Source: Squalus acanthias
Lineage: Eukaryota
Direction: 5' to 3'
Assembly: GCA_030390025.1 (NCBI GenBank)
Contig: CM059438.1
Span: forward strand, 54,376,001 to 54,440,000
Length of the DNA stretch: 64,000 bases
Under the pieces are notes generated by a model. The model did not search any database. It was not told the origin of the DNA and was given only the letters and a program-made list of their open reading frames with translations. The first letter of the stretch is position 1, and every line of letters starts with the position of its first letter. Below are positions 63,478 through 64,000 of this stretch, one piece after another. A program made the position numbers and the translations under genes.

Positions 63478-64000
63478 TCACATCATGTATCGTGACATAA
63501 ACCCAAGATCCCGGTTGAGGCCGTCCTCATGAGTGCGGAACTTGGCTATCAGTTTCTGCTCGATGATTTTGCGTTGTCGTGTGTTTCTAAGGCCGCCTTG
63601 GAGAACGCTTACCCGCAGATCCGAGGCTGAATGTCCTTGACTGCTGAAGTGTTCCCCGACTGGGAGGGAACACTCCTGCCTGGTGATTGTTGCGCGGTGT
63701 CCGTTCATACATTGTCTCAGTGTCTGCATGGTCTCGCCGATGTACCATGCCGCGGTGCATTCTTTCCTGCAACGTATGAGGTAGACAACGTTGGCCGAGT
63801 CACATGAGTATGTACCATGTACCTGGTGGGTAGTGTCCTCACGTGTGATGATGGTATCTGTGTTGATGATCTGGCATGTCTTGCAGAGGTTGCCGTGGCA
63901 GGGTTGTGTGGTGTCGTGGTCGCTGTTATCCTGAAAGCTGGGTAATTTGCTGCGAACGATGGTACTTCTGAGGTTAGGCGGCTGTTTGAAGGCAAGTAGT
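63478..64000 (-). mobile_element. Penelope-like element, GIY-YIG endonuclease C-terminus
   Basis: WYIGETMQTLRQCMNGHR...VGEHFS...EQKLIAKFRTHEDGLNRD. Confidence 0.88.

Overview
Repeat-dense vertebrate genomic DNA, inferred to be from a shark or other cartilaginous fish because of its CR1, L2 and Penelope LINEs, HE1/V-SINE, Deu-domain SINEs and GC-rich Harbinger MITEs. One host coding exon is recognisable, and it is absent from the ORF track: the terminal exon of a TSPAN15-like tetraspanin (+, 36633-36812), followed by a probable 3' UTR. No earlier exon was found, so 1-36632 appears to be one long intron. That intron holds a complete but internally deleted endogenous retrovirus (20482-26690, minus strand) with ~99% identical LTRs, a CCAC TSD, a perfect tRNA-Ser PBS, a PPT, and gag, RT/tether and atypical env remnants; it is a lokiretrovirus candidate. 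A second, different retroviral remnant (~46880-53470, minus) has a PSAP-containing Gag with no visible zinc knuckle and an in-frame TAG-GGA gag-pro junction. Also present: Penelope-derived hammerhead ribozymes, including a 138-bp mini-insert with a 13-bp TSD; a Harbinger transposase pseudogene with many MITEs; a hAT MITE; and several minisatellites whose long ORFs are artefacts. All calls are by eye, with no database searches.
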